Origin: an uncultured Pseudomonadota bacterium
GTDB taxonomy: Bacteria > Babelota > Babeliae > Babelales > RVW-14
Reading direction: 5' to 3'
DNA length: 64,000 nt
Assembly: GCA_964493325.1 (NCBI GenBank)
Contig: CAZBMD010000002.1
Coordinates: 26,416-90,415, forward strand
Shown here piece by piece: positions 17,902-27,074 of the stretch (the stretch's first letter is position 1; the number at the start of each line of letters is the position of its first letter). Position numbers and translations under genes: made by a program. The notes under the pieces are model-generated. The model did not search any database. It was not told the origin of the DNA and saw only the letters and a program-made list of their open reading frames with translations.

Positions 17902-18412
17902 TTTTTCATTACTCGAAGTGAGTTTTAAACTTCTGCTATTTGGCATTCTTGTTGGGAATTTGATTTATTTATACAAAAAATATGCGGTCCCGTTCCTTTA
18001 TCAAGAAATTATCGAAGAGAAAAATGCAAGAACAATGTTGCTTGAAAAAGAACGTTTGCTTGCCTCTACGTATCATCGCATTGAGAATCAAGTACAACAG
18101 CAAAAAAAAATGTTTGTTCTTTTAGAAAAAAATGTTCAGGCATGGCATCAGGCTATGAACGAAGAAATTGAAAAGAATAATAAAGAAGCTGCTGCAGAGC
18201 AGCAAGCATTGATTCAAAAACGTATCATCCAAAAAAAATATTTAGCTAATGCTCTTCTTGGCAAAGCGGTTATACCGCAATCTATCGCATTAGCTCGGCA
18301 TGATCTTATCGAGGGCCTCCAAGCTGAACGAGGAAGTGAAAGGCTTGCTGCAATGGTAAAAGAGTTGGAGAAACATAAGGCTTGTGTGCGGGATTCGAAC
18401 GATGTCTCATAA
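17891..18412 (+). CDS. atpF: F0F1 ATP synthase subunit b
   Basis: Single N-terminal TM helix followed by a long charged helical region. Overlaps the b' stop by 11 nt and precedes atpH. Confidence 0.7.
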   Translation: MLADFSLLEVSFKLLLFGILVGNLIYLYKKYAVPFLYQEIIEEKNARTMLLEKERLLASTYHRIENQVQQQKKMFVLLEKNVQAWHQAMNEEIEKNNKEAAAEQQALIQKRIIQKKYLANALLGKAVIPQSIALARHDLIEGLQAERGSERLAAMVKELEKHKACVRDSNDVS

Positions 18413-18956
18413 ACATGATTTGCTTGCAAAAAAATATGCTTGTGCCTTTCTAAACTTGTATGATAATCAGCTTAGTGAGTGGTACTTTGACAATATTGCG
18501 TCCTTGGGTGTTTTTTTAAAAAATAATCCTTGGATTTTTGTTTATCTGAGTATCCCTACCGTTGATTACGAAATTAAACAAAAAGTCATTCATCGCGTGA
18601 GTGAAAGTTTACAATTCTGCCATCATACGAGTATTCTGATTAATACTCTTTTAAAGCATAATCGTATAGAGCTTCTTGGTAGTGTGATCAAGCAACTTCA
18701 GATTAGAAATAGAGCTCGAAAGAACATTGAAGTATTTACGATAAAAACATCGCATGTACTTGATGATGAACAAAAAAATAGCATTATAGATTTTGTAAAA
18801 AAAATTACACCATCTCATATCACGGTACAGTTCTTACAGGATCCATCGTTGATCGTTGGCCTTAAAATTCAAAGTGATGTGCATCGATGGGAGCGATCGA
18901 TAGCAAGGCAACTGAGAGATATTGAACAGAACATTTTACGACAGGTGAGCTTATGA
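18402..18956 (+). CDS. atpH: F0F1 ATP synthase subunit delta (OSCP)
   Basis: ATG 18402 gives MSHKHDLLAKKYACAFLNLY (the delta-type ..YA.A. N-terminus). C-terminal IVGLKIQSDVHRWERSIARQL resembles the OSCP consensus. Positioned before atpA. Confidence 0.75.
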   Translation: MSHKHDLLAKKYACAFLNLYDNQLSEWYFDNIASLGVFLKNNPWIFVYLSIPTVDYEIKQKVIHRVSESLQFCHHTSILINTLLKHNRIELLGSVIKQLQIRNRARKNIEVFTIKTSHVLDDEQKNSIIDFVKKITPSHITVQFLQDPSLIVGLKIQSDVHRWERSIARQLRDIEQNILRQVSL

Positions 18957-20467
18957 TGGAAAAAGATACGGATATAATCTCGTTACTCGAAAAGGCTCTC
19001 AGTGACGAGCCCCAGGCTAGTCTTGATGAAATAGGAATTGTCATCAAAGTTGGAGATGGCATATGTAAAGTATATGGACTTGTTAATGCCATCTTTGGAG
19101 AACTTGTCCAATTTGATGGTGGTGGACAGGGCATAGTGCTTGATCTTGATGAGGATTATGTTTCGGTTGTATTGCTTGAAAATTCTGCAAATGTGATTGA
19201 GCAAGAAGTTGTTAAACGTACCGGCAGCGTGTTTTGCGTTCCTGTAGGAGAAGGTCTTTTGGGTCGTATAGTCAACGCAACAGGAAGTTCTCTTGATGCG
19301 CTTGGTGCTATTAAATCTGAAAAAATGATGCCTATTGAGCATACAGTTCCAGGTATTGTTGATCGAGCTCCAGTTAATGAATCTCTTGAGACTGGAATAG
19401 TTGTAATCGATACGCTCGTGCCGATTGGCAAGGGGCAACGAGAGCTTTTAATTGGCAATCGAAGTACAGGAAAAACATCTATTGTGCTCAGTACTATTTT
19501 GCACCAAAAAAATAAAGACGTTATTTGTGTTTATGTTTCTATCGGGCACAAGCAATCAAATACCGCTCGCCTTATTCACCAGCTTGAAAAGCATGGCGCC
19601 CTTGAATACACTATTATTGTTGATGCTGATGCCAAAGAAAGTGCACTCAATCAGTTTCTCGCTCCTTATACGGGATGTACGATTGGTGAGTATTTTATGA
19701 ATAAGGGTAAGGACGTTCTTGTTATTTATGATGATTTAACTAATCAGGCAATTGCCTATCGAGAACTTTCTCTTCTTCTACGACGACCACCTGGACGTGA
19801 AGCGTATCCTGGTGATATTTTTTATATTCACTCTCGACTACTTGAACGCGCTGGTCGGCTATCCCCTGAAAAAGGTGGAGGGTCGCTTACCGCAATTCCA
19901 ATTATTCAAACGCAGGGCGATGATATTTCGGCCTACATTCCAACAAATTTAATATCCATAACTGATGGCCAAATTTTTCTAGATACTGTTCTTTTTAATA
20001 ATGGAATCAGGCCTGCTGTGAATGTTGGTTTATCAATTTCGCGCGTAGGTAGTGCGGCTCAAACAAAAGCAATGAAAAAAATGAGTGGAAGTCTTAAGTT
20101 AGAACTTGCCCAGTACAATGAGCTGCAGGCTTTTGCTCAGTTTGGATCAGAACTTGACAAGGCCAGTCAACGAGCACTTGATCGTGGGCGTCGAGCTGTT
20201 GAAGTTTTAAAACAGACAGAACTTGCTACATATTCATTTGTTGATCAAGTTATCTTTCTTTATTTGCTCAAGGCAAATTACTTGGACAAGCTTCCGTTAG
20301 AAGATATTCGCCTTTTTGCCTTGCAATGTTGTATGTACATTAAAGGGGCGCATGCCCAGGTGTATGAATCAATTCTTGCATCAAAAGATACCAATGAACA
20401 AAGCTTGGGGCAGCTTAAAAAAGCAGCCGATGAATTTTCAATGATTTTCTCAAGGCCTTTGTCATAA
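18953..20467 (+). CDS. atpA: F0F1 ATP synthase subunit alpha
   Basis: Walker A GNRSTGKTS, LLLRRPPGREAYPGDIFYIHSRLLERA, ISITDGQIFL. Conserved along all 504 aa. Confidence 0.95.
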   Translation: MMEKDTDIISLLEKALSDEPQASLDEIGIVIKVGDGICKVYGLVNAIFGELVQFDGGGQGIVLDLDEDYVSVVLLENSANVIEQEVVKRTGSVFCVPVGEGLLGRIVNATGSSLDALGAIKSEKMMPIEHTVPGIVDRAPVNESLETGIVVIDTLVPIGKGQRELLIGNRSTGKTSIVLSTILHQKNKDVICVYVSIGHKQSNTARLIHQLEKHGALEYTIIVDADAKESALNQFLAPYTGCTIGEYFMNKGKDVLVIYDDLTNQAIAYRELSLLLRRPPGREAYPGDIFYIHSRLLERAGRLSPEKGGGSLTAIPIIQTQGDDISAYIPTNLISITDGQIFLDTVLFNNGIRPAVNVGLSISRVGSAAQTKAMKKMSGSLKLELAQYNELQAFAQFGSELDKASQRALDRGRRAVEVLKQTELATYSFVDQVIFLYLLKANYLDKLPLEDIRLFALQCCMYIKGAHAQVYESILASKDTNEQSLGQLKKAADEFSMIFSRPLS

Positions 20468-20468
20468 A

Positions 20469-20876
20469 ATGATTCGTATTGCATGCATGATAAGCGTTCT
20501 TTGTGTGCTTGCAGCCTGTGGTCGTAAGCAGCGCAATATTTTTATTTTTGATGATACTCAATCGTTTTCAATTAACAAGCTTGCGCTCGGAGTGCCAAGA
20601 ATAATTGAGGTTAAGTCGGTCGAAGATGGCAATCTGATTAGGTGGATGGCTCCAGTTGTTACTGACGATCGAATCTCTCTTGTAGGGTACAATGTGTATC
20701 GGTTAACACCGCAAGGCTTGATTCCAAAAAAACCACTACATACTCATCCATGCAGTGCGCTTGTTTTTATAGATAAAAATGGAAGTAAATCCAATCTCTA
20801 CGTGGTAAGAGCTGTTTTTTCAGCACCCAGTTTCAGCAAAGAGGGTCCTGTTAGTAACGTAAAAATGTGTATGTAA
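20469..20876 (+). CDS. Small lipoprotein, hypothetical (possible FN3-like fold)
   Basis: Lipobox VLAAC after a hydrophobic N-terminus. IRWMAPVV..LVGYNVYRL resembles an FN3 strand pattern. Occupies the position where atpG normally follows atpA. Confidence 0.5.
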   Translation: MIRIACMISVLCVLAACGRKQRNIFIFDDTQSFSINKLALGVPRIIEVKSVEDGNLIRWMAPVVTDDRISLVGYNVYRLTPQGLIPKKPLHTHPCSALVFIDKNGSKSNLYVVRAVFSAPSFSKEGPVSNVKMCM

Positions 20877-21077
20877 AAAAAACTCCCTCCAACTTAGGAC
20901 AAGCTGGAGGGTTGGGGGGGCGAACAATATTTTTACGTATTGTTCATTTAGGGATTTTTGGTGTGCATCGCGTGCACAATCTCTGATATCAAAATATAAA
21001 CAAAAAAATGAAATTCTTTTGTCAGGCAAGATCGTAACAAGCCCATATAGTGATGTCAAGAAAAATTAGGTCAATTC

Positions 21078-22325
21078 TTATTCTTGTTGATCCTCAGGGG
21101 TTTCAATCGTGTTGTAGAGCTGCAATGCTTTGCGTAAAATTAAATCTTTACGCTCTTTTAAATGATCTTTGGATTCAATATATTTTTCTAATAACGTTGA
21201 AAAACTCATATCAAAATTGAGCATTGCTCGTTTTTCACGTTTGACCTGTTTGTAGACAGGAATGACGCCAACAAGGAACATTGCATGAGCGCACGCTCGT
21301 TGTACGGCAAGCAAATCAACTTTGTCAGTTGAGCCGTCTGCAAGGTGATATAAAATTTTTACAATTGCTTCGTTAAGATCATATTGTTTTAGTGTAGCTA
21401 ATATTTGGGATGTTTGATCAGTTGAACTATTCAGTGTTATTTCAATTTGGATCATTGGTCTTGTTGGAAGCTTTATAACATCGTAAGAGCAAATTTTTGA
21501 TGATCCATGACGTTCGATGTTAACAGAACAAAAACTTTTTTCTTCTTTTCGTTCCCCAAAATCAACGCGCTCTATCGATCCGGAGTAGACAACTGGAGGG
21601 CTTCCTTGTGGATTAAGATTTTGATAGCGATGTAAGTGCCCAAGTGCAACGTAATCAAATTGAGGCAGCGCAAGCTGAGATGGTAAAAATACCGGGTCTG
21701 ATCCAAAAATGGCGCATTTTTCTGATCCAGAAAAAATACCACTGGTGACCGTTAAATGACCAGCAAGGACTGCTGGCATTGTTGTATCAATGTCTTGGGC
21801 AAACTGTGCAATTAATTGTCCTATGCGTTCTGAAAGATATGTTGTTACATCGGAGTGAGATTTAAATCGGTGCGAATCGTGTGTAACGACATTGTTACGG
21901 GCTGGCCATGGAATGCCAACAATTTGAACAGGTCCACTTTTTGTTGGAATAACTTTAAGCTCAGGTCGTGAAAATACGTGAAATCCATCAACGGGTAAAT
22001 AGTCAAAAACATCGAGAGAGTGGGTCTTTCCAAAGCTGAGTGGATGATCATGGTTTCCAACGACAATTGCAACAGGAATATTGGCCGCGTGTAATTTGAG
22101 AAGCTGTGTAACCAAAAGTTTTTGTTGAGTTGGTGTTGGATATGCTGTTTTGTACGCGTCTCCACAAAATAAAAACAAATCAATCTGTTTTTCTATGGCA
22201 GCGTTAACCATGTATTCAAGTGAATTTTTAAAATCCAAAAGACGGGTGTGAATGCCCGTCTTTGGATCGATTTTTCCATAATTCTCAACGCCAAAATGAA
22301 TGTCTGCTGTGTGGAAAAAAATCAT
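21078..22325 (-). CDS. sbcD: SbcD/Mre11-family nuclease (metallophosphoesterase)
   Basis: Phosphoesterase motifs ADIHFG, CGDAYK, GNHD, AGHL and GHLH in canonical order. 415 aa. Confidence 0.85.
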   Translation of the reverse strand: MIFFHTADIHFGVENYGKIDPKTGIHTRLLDFKNSLEYMVNAAIEKQIDLFLFCGDAYKTAYPTPTQQKLLVTQLLKLHAANIPVAIVVGNHDHPLSFGKTHSLDVFDYLPVDGFHVFSRPELKVIPTKSGPVQIVGIPWPARNNVVTHDSHRFKSHSDVTTYLSERIGQLIAQFAQDIDTTMPAVLAGHLTVTSGIFSGSEKCAIFGSDPVFLPSQLALPQFDYVALGHLHRYQNLNPQGSPPVVYSGSIERVDFGERKEEKSFCSVNIERHGSSKICSYDVIKLPTRPMIQIEITLNSSTDQTSQILATLKQYDLNEAIVKILYHLADGSTDKVDLLAVQRACAHAMFLVGVIPVYKQVKREKRAMLNFDMSFSTLLEKYIESKDHLKERKDLILRKALQLYNTIETPEDQQE

Positions 22326-22332
22326 ATGGATT

Positions 22333-23808
22333 CTAGCGATTTTCTTGATGTTCAGTTTCAGTTTTTATTGCGCCACGAAAATTAAATTGACCTTCTTGAG
22401 GGTCAACGTCATTTTTTTTTAAATCTTTTTTCTGCAATTTTTCTTTCATTTTTTTTGCGTAGCCTGCTTTATTTTCTTGCCGCGCTCTTCCAATTGCAAG
22501 GCTTTCTTCTGGGACGTTTTTACTGAGTACTGAGCCTGCAGCTGTATATGAGCCTTTGCCGATGGTAATGGGTGCAACAAGTGTGTTATTGCTGCCAATA
22601 AATGCATTGTCTTGAATGGTTGTTCTGCTTTTTTTAAAGCCATCATAGTTGCATGTAATTGTTCCAGCGCCAATGTTAACGCCTCGTCCTGCATCGGTAT
22701 CACCTATGTATGATAGATGTTTTGCTTTGCTGCTTGCTTCGATAGTACTGTTTTTAACTTCAACAAAATTTCCTATCTCTGAATTGTCACCTAGTGATAC
22801 ATGCTCGCGAATTCGAGCAAACGGACCAACATGTACGTCACAGCCAATTATGCTATCTTGTACAACAGAATGAGAGTGAATGGTACTATTATCTCCAACA
22901 ACGGTGTTCGCAATAATAGAAAAAGCTCCAACAAAACATTCTTCGCCAATCCTTGTTCCGCGGAGCAAGTGAGCGCCTGTACCTATAAATGATCCAGCAC
23001 CAATTTGTACGTCAAGATCGATGTGAATACTTTGCGCTAGTTCAAAGCGAACTCCTTGCAGCATCCAGTGTTTAATCATTTCGGAGCGTTTAATTTGTTC
23101 AACTTCCCACAGCTCTTGTAAAGTATTTACGCCTCTAACGTAATCAAATGGTACAGCTATAGTGTGCACTGGGTAGTTGTTATCACTGGCTTTTTTAATC
23201 AAATCCACAAAGTAGAATTCGCCAGATATTGGATTTTTTTCGATAGTGTTTATGTATTTTTGTAAGAATGCAGTTTTCATCATGTAAATACCTGCATTGA
23301 TGCACGTAATATTTCGTTGTTCTTCTGTGCAATCTTTTTCTTCAATAATCTGGTACATACCGTCTTGTTCTATAACTCGCCCATAACCGGTTGGATCAAT
23401 GACGTGTGTTGTCAAAAAACTGACCGTTGCATCACGCATTTTATGCTCTGTAATTAATTTTTCAATGAGGTCTTTGGTAACAAGAGGAGTATCTCCAGCA
23501 AGAACAAGAATGTTTTCAGTGTCCCATGTTGCCGCAGATAAGGCAACAGCGTGACCTGTTCCTAGCTGTTCAGTTTGATGTATGTAAGTAACTTGTGCAA
23601 TGCTTGCTGAAGTAATTTCTTGTTGCAGTGCATCTGCTTGATATCCAACAATAATGCTCATCGGAATTGCTAATTCCTCAAGAACTTTGAGTGGATAAAG
23701 AACCATTGTTCTTCCACAAATATTGAATAAGAGTTTGCTTTTTTTTGTTTTAAATCGGGTAGCTTTTCCTGCTGCAAGCACTACCGCTCTGGTCTTTAAG
23801 CTATTCAT
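22333..23808 (-). CDS. glmU: Bifunctional UDP-GlcNAc pyrophosphorylase / GlcN-1-P N-acetyltransferase
   Basis: N-terminal LAAGKATRFKTKKSKLL nucleotidyltransferase motif and a C-terminal left-handed beta-helix of hexapeptide repeats. Has an extra ~35-aa Lys/Glu-rich C-terminal tail. Confidence 0.9.
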   Translation of the reverse strand: MNSLKTRAVVLAAGKATRFKTKKSKLLFNICGRTMVLYPLKVLEELAIPMSIIVGYQADALQQEITSASIAQVTYIHQTEQLGTGHAVALSAATWDTENILVLAGDTPLVTKDLIEKLITEHKMRDATVSFLTTHVIDPTGYGRVIEQDGMYQIIEEKDCTEEQRNITCINAGIYMMKTAFLQKYINTIEKNPISGEFYFVDLIKKASDNNYPVHTIAVPFDYVRGVNTLQELWEVEQIKRSEMIKHWMLQGVRFELAQSIHIDLDVQIGAGSFIGTGAHLLRGTRIGEECFVGAFSIIANTVVGDNSTIHSHSVVQDSIIGCDVHVGPFARIREHVSLGDNSEIGNFVEVKNSTIEASSKAKHLSYIGDTDAGRGVNIGAGTITCNYDGFKKSRTTIQDNAFIGSNNTLVAPITIGKGSYTAAGSVLSKNVPEESLAIGRARQENKAGYAKKMKEKLQKKDLKKNDVDPQEGQFNFRGAIKTETEHQENR

Positions 23809-24046
23809 TGATTACTCCCACACGTGTCAGTCGTTTAGTACAATTTTGTATAAGCAAAAATTTGTACAACCTCTTTAAAATAATATTTACTTCAGTGTAA
23901 AGCCGGTTTAAACTAAAGCTAGTTAATTAAAACCACAGTTATAATACAGCTAAGCTTCTTGTTTTTGCAACTAGTTTTAAAAAATAAGAAGAAGCTTATA
24001 AATGATGAAAAAATGCTCTTAGAAATGCATTTAAAATGAATTTTAC

Positions 24047-24139
24047 GGAGAGGTGGCTGAGTGGTTGAAAGCGACCGTCTCGAAAGCGGTTATCCTGGTA
24101 ACCCCTGGATCGTGGGTTCAAATCCCACCCTCTCCGCCA
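24047..24139 (+). tRNA. tRNA-Ser (anticodon CGA), class II with long variable arm, CCA encoded
   Basis: Folded by hand. Acceptor ggagagg/cctctcc, 3-bp D stem, anticodon stem accgt/gcggt with loop ctCGAaa, long variable arm, T arm gtggg-ttcaaat-cccac, discriminator G, then CCA. Confidence 0.9.
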
Positions 24140-24304
24140 TTTGCCGTCGCAAATGCTAGTCTGCGGCGCAATAATTTTATCTAAAAAACAAATAATGCAG
24201 CGTCGCTTTTAATGCAAAGACGGTCTTACCTCAATTCAATCGACATAATCAATCATGAGCGGTACGTACAAGATCGTGGTTGCTGATTTTAAGATTGTGG
24301 AGTT

Positions 24305-25936
24305 ATGAAAAAAGGTTTATTCAAAACAATCAAAGAAAACATTGTACCAGGAGTAACTCTTGGTTTGGTTTCTCTCCCTCTTGCTCTTTCTCTTGCCATC
24401 GCATCTCATACAACACCACTGATTGGTATGATTACGTCAGTGTGGGCAGGGCTTATCGCGGCACTTTGTGGCGGCAGTCATTACAATATTGTTGGGCCAA
24501 CGGCCGCGCTGACTGGATTTTTGGCCAGTAATTCCATTAGTAGCCTTCCCATGCTTGCAATTATGGCGAGCGCATTTATTTTTTTTGCATATCTTTTGAA
24601 GTTGGAACGGTATCTTGTTTTTGTTCCAGCAAGTGCTATTCATGGATTTTTACTGGGCGTTGCTTCAATTATTATTTTAAATCAATTGGGTACGGCTTTG
24701 GGGCTTCAGGGGCTTGCAAAGCGGTCTTCAGTTTTGGGTAATGCTTTCCAATCATTAATGCATGCTCATCAGGCAAATTTTATCATTCTGGGAATTTTTA
24801 TTTCCGTGATAGCAATCCTGGTTATTTTTCAGAATTATGTAAAACGAATTCCTGGTATTATTATTGTAACGCCGCTTAGTCTTCTGCTTGGTTGGTTGAG
24901 CACACGCGGAATAATTCCTTTATCGCTTGAGACGTTAGGGTCGGAATTTTTGGATATGCCTTCTCAGATTATGGCATTTCCTTCTTTTGTTTTTGACAGG
25001 GGGCTTATTACACCAGCTTTGACCGTTGCCCTTATTGCAATCCTTGAGACAATGATTTCAGCAAAAGTTGCAGATGGTATGACTAAAACCAAGCATCATA
25101 AGGGAGCTGAAGTTCGTGGTCTTGCTTTTGCAAATTTTATATCTGGGATTTTTGGCGGTATGCCTGCAGGTGCAGCTCCAGCACGCACTGCACTCAATGT
25201 TAAAGCAGGGGCGACAAATCGTATGTCAGCGGTTATTAGTAGTCTGTGTGTAGCAATTATTGCACTTTCCAGTATGCGCTTGTTTGCATTTTTGCCACTC
25301 ATTGTTGTTGCTGCCATTCTTGTTTTTGCAGCATTTCATCTTGTGCAGTTTAATAATTTTTTGCGTATGTATCGCGGTGATCGCAAGAATTTTTATCTTT
25401 CGTTGGTTGTAGCGTTTACAACAATTTGCGAGGGACCAATTGTTGGTATTTTTCTTGGCATAGCAACAGCAATGCTTCTTTTAATGCAGCAGTTGTCTCG
25501 AGGCCATTATGAGCTAAGTGTTGGTTGTAATGATCATGCGGATCCGCTTGATAAGGGTTGTGAAAAAATTGATCAATGCAGAAAAAAAGATGGTGTTCTG
25601 ATTTATTCAATAAAAGGGCAGCTGGTCTATATCAATGCGCAAGCGCACATTGCACGATTTGAACGAGATCTTTCTCATTACTCGACAATTATTTTAAATG
25701 TAAAAAAATTATATTTTATCGACATGGATGGGGTTGACGCTTTGGCAGAAATCATTACCCTTGTTCAGTCGAAAAATAAAAAAGTTCTTATTGTTGGTGA
25801 TAATACATTTATTCTCACCATGCTTGCAGAAAGTGGGCCATTTAAATCTGTAAGGCGTGCAGGGCTTGTTTTCAAAGACCAACCCGAAGCTCTTGCGTAT
25901 TTAGGACTTGCAATGACTCATGAGAAGGATATTTAA
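24305..25936 (+). CDS. SulP family inorganic anion (sulfate/bicarbonate) permease with C-terminal STAS domain
   Basis: 543 aa with multiple TM segments, GxxGGxxxxxxxARTALN-like block (FGGMPAGAAPARTALNVKAG), and a soluble C-terminal STAS-like domain. Confidence 0.85.
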   Translation: MKKGLFKTIKENIVPGVTLGLVSLPLALSLAIASHTTPLIGMITSVWAGLIAALCGGSHYNIVGPTAALTGFLASNSISSLPMLAIMASAFIFFAYLLKLERYLVFVPASAIHGFLLGVASIIILNQLGTALGLQGLAKRSSVLGNAFQSLMHAHQANFIILGIFISVIAILVIFQNYVKRIPGIIIVTPLSLLLGWLSTRGIIPLSLETLGSEFLDMPSQIMAFPSFVFDRGLITPALTVALIAILETMISAKVADGMTKTKHHKGAEVRGLAFANFISGIFGGMPAGAAPARTALNVKAGATNRMSAVISSLCVAIIALSSMRLFAFLPLIVVAAILVFAAFHLVQFNNFLRMYRGDRKNFYLSLVVAFTTICEGPIVGIFLGIATAMLLLMQQLSRGHYELSVGCNDHADPLDKGCEKIDQCRKKDGVLIYSIKGQLVYINAQAHIARFERDLSHYSTIILNVKKLYFIDMDGVDALAEIITLVQSKNKKVLIVGDNTFILTMLAESGPFKSVRRAGLVFKDQPEALAYLGLAMTHEKDI

Positions 25937-25938
25937 TA

Positions 25939-26361
25939 ATGCTGAACAGTCTTCCTAATATTGTTTCAATGACCAATCGATCTGTTAAACGTGACCAACT
26001 TGAAGCGCTTGTGCCAAAAGAATGGGGCCATGAAGAATGGATTGTTAACAATGCTTTGTATTGCGGTAAAAAACTTGTTTTTAAGTCTCTACACCGTTGT
26101 TCGCTGCATCATCACAAAATTAAACATGAAACATTTTATGTTATTTCAGGTAAGGTGCTTTTAGAAACCGAGCTAAATGGTGTAACGCTTTCGCGCGTTA
26201 TGATGCCTGGTGATAGTGCTCAAATTCCGCCACTTATGTGGCACAGACTCACTGCAATTGTTGAGTCTGATGTTATTGAATTTTCTACGCATCATATGGA
26301 AGAAGATTCATACCGCGCAGTGCCAAGTGGCAAAGTTGATCTCAAAGATTTATCTCTGTGA
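25939..26361 (+). CDS. Cupin domain protein
   Basis: WGHEEWIV..YCGKKL..SLHHHKIKHETFYVISG..PGDSAQIPPLMWHRL..IEFSTHH matches the two-motif cupin His pattern. Confidence 0.65.
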   Translation: MLNSLPNIVSMTNRSVKRDQLEALVPKEWGHEEWIVNNALYCGKKLVFKSLHRCSLHHHKIKHETFYVISGKVLLETELNGVTLSRVMMPGDSAQIPPLMWHRLTAIVESDVIEFSTHHMEEDSYRAVPSGKVDLKDLSL

Positions 26362-26915
26362 AAATATCCAGCTTCTTTTTAATTATTTTAATCAGCCTCT
26401 TTGGAGGGGCTGTTTTCTTCTTGATTGATCAAGGATATCTTCTGGTTTTGTGGACGCAGGGATCAACAGAAATAGCTCGAGCTTCACATAATCAGTTGCG
26501 GTTTGCACGACAAAAAACGGTCAAATGTTTTAGTTGGAATAATAATCGCATGTATTTTGATGAAGCTCCTTTAGTGTGGATCGAGGGTGATGACGTTAAA
26601 AACCTCACCTCACTGGTTAAGCATTGGCTGAGTTTTATTCAGGGAGAAGGCCTTATTGCAAAGCATGTGGCTCTAGAGTCGGTAGCGATTGTTCACCAAG
26701 AGCAAGAAGCGCTGATTTCATTTGATCGAAGCATATTCTCTTCTGCCGCTTCTACACGACAAAAATGGGGAATATGTGAGAGCCTTTTGGCTACTATTCG
26801 TTATTCTGGTGTTAAAATTCAAAAAATCAGGCTTTTGGTCGAAGGAGCGCCGCTTAACGACGCTCATCTTGATTTGAGCATTTCATGGCCGATTGATGGA
26901 TTCTCTTCAATTTAA
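26358..26915 (+). CDS. Membrane-anchored hypothetical protein (possibly GerMN-like domain)
   Basis: GTG start overlaps the cupin stop (GTGA). Has an N-terminal TM helix. The C-terminal region (..VKIQKIRLLVEGAPLND..) only loosely resembles GerMN domains. Confidence 0.45.
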   Translation: MKISSFFLIILISLFGGAVFFLIDQGYLLVLWTQGSTEIARASHNQLRFARQKTVKCFSWNNNRMYFDEAPLVWIEGDDVKNLTSLVKHWLSFIQGEGLIAKHVALESVAIVHQEQEALISFDRSIFSSAASTRQKWGICESLLATIRYSGVKIQKIRLLVEGAPLNDAHLDLSISWPIDGFSSI

Positions 26916-27074
26916 AGCGTTTATATGTCTACAGGAGGAGGCTTTTATGTTCGCACTAGATAGTCCCTTCGATCTTTGATAGACTCTACCTTTCTCAAAA
27001 ATGTCGTGTTTGACTGGCAATAGGCCTCTATCGGATGTATTTATTGTAGTTTTTAAGAAAGGAATTGTTTTTTC

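Noticed and set aside
18983-19458. Long antisense ORFs inside atpA (18983..19438 and 19156..19458).
   Set aside because: They lie opposite a strongly conserved coding frame and their translations are low-complexity shadows. The same applies to 53255..53686 (antisense to rplO), 12484..12819 (in recD2), 56759..56941 (antisense to rpmJ), 41772..42154 (in fusA), and all short ORFs overlapping the giant ORF after 61417.
20820-21059. 79-aa minus-strand ORF in the atp-lipoprotein/sbcD spacer, and a 7-bp stem (ccctcca/tggaggg) at 20885..20911.
   Set aside because: The ORF overlaps the lipoprotein gene end and has no SD or motif. The stem has a 13-nt loop and no T-run on the plus strand, so it is too weak to call a terminator.
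23951-23998. 10-bp perfect inverted repeat taagcttctt..aagaagctta with a 28-nt spacer between glmU and tRNA-Ser. I also asked whether the tRNA marks an integration site.
   Set aside because: The repeat is real, but it has no T-run and no obvious partner motif elsewhere in the window. No integrase, direct repeat of the tRNA 3' end, or foreign-looking genes flank the tRNA, so there is no evidence for an island.
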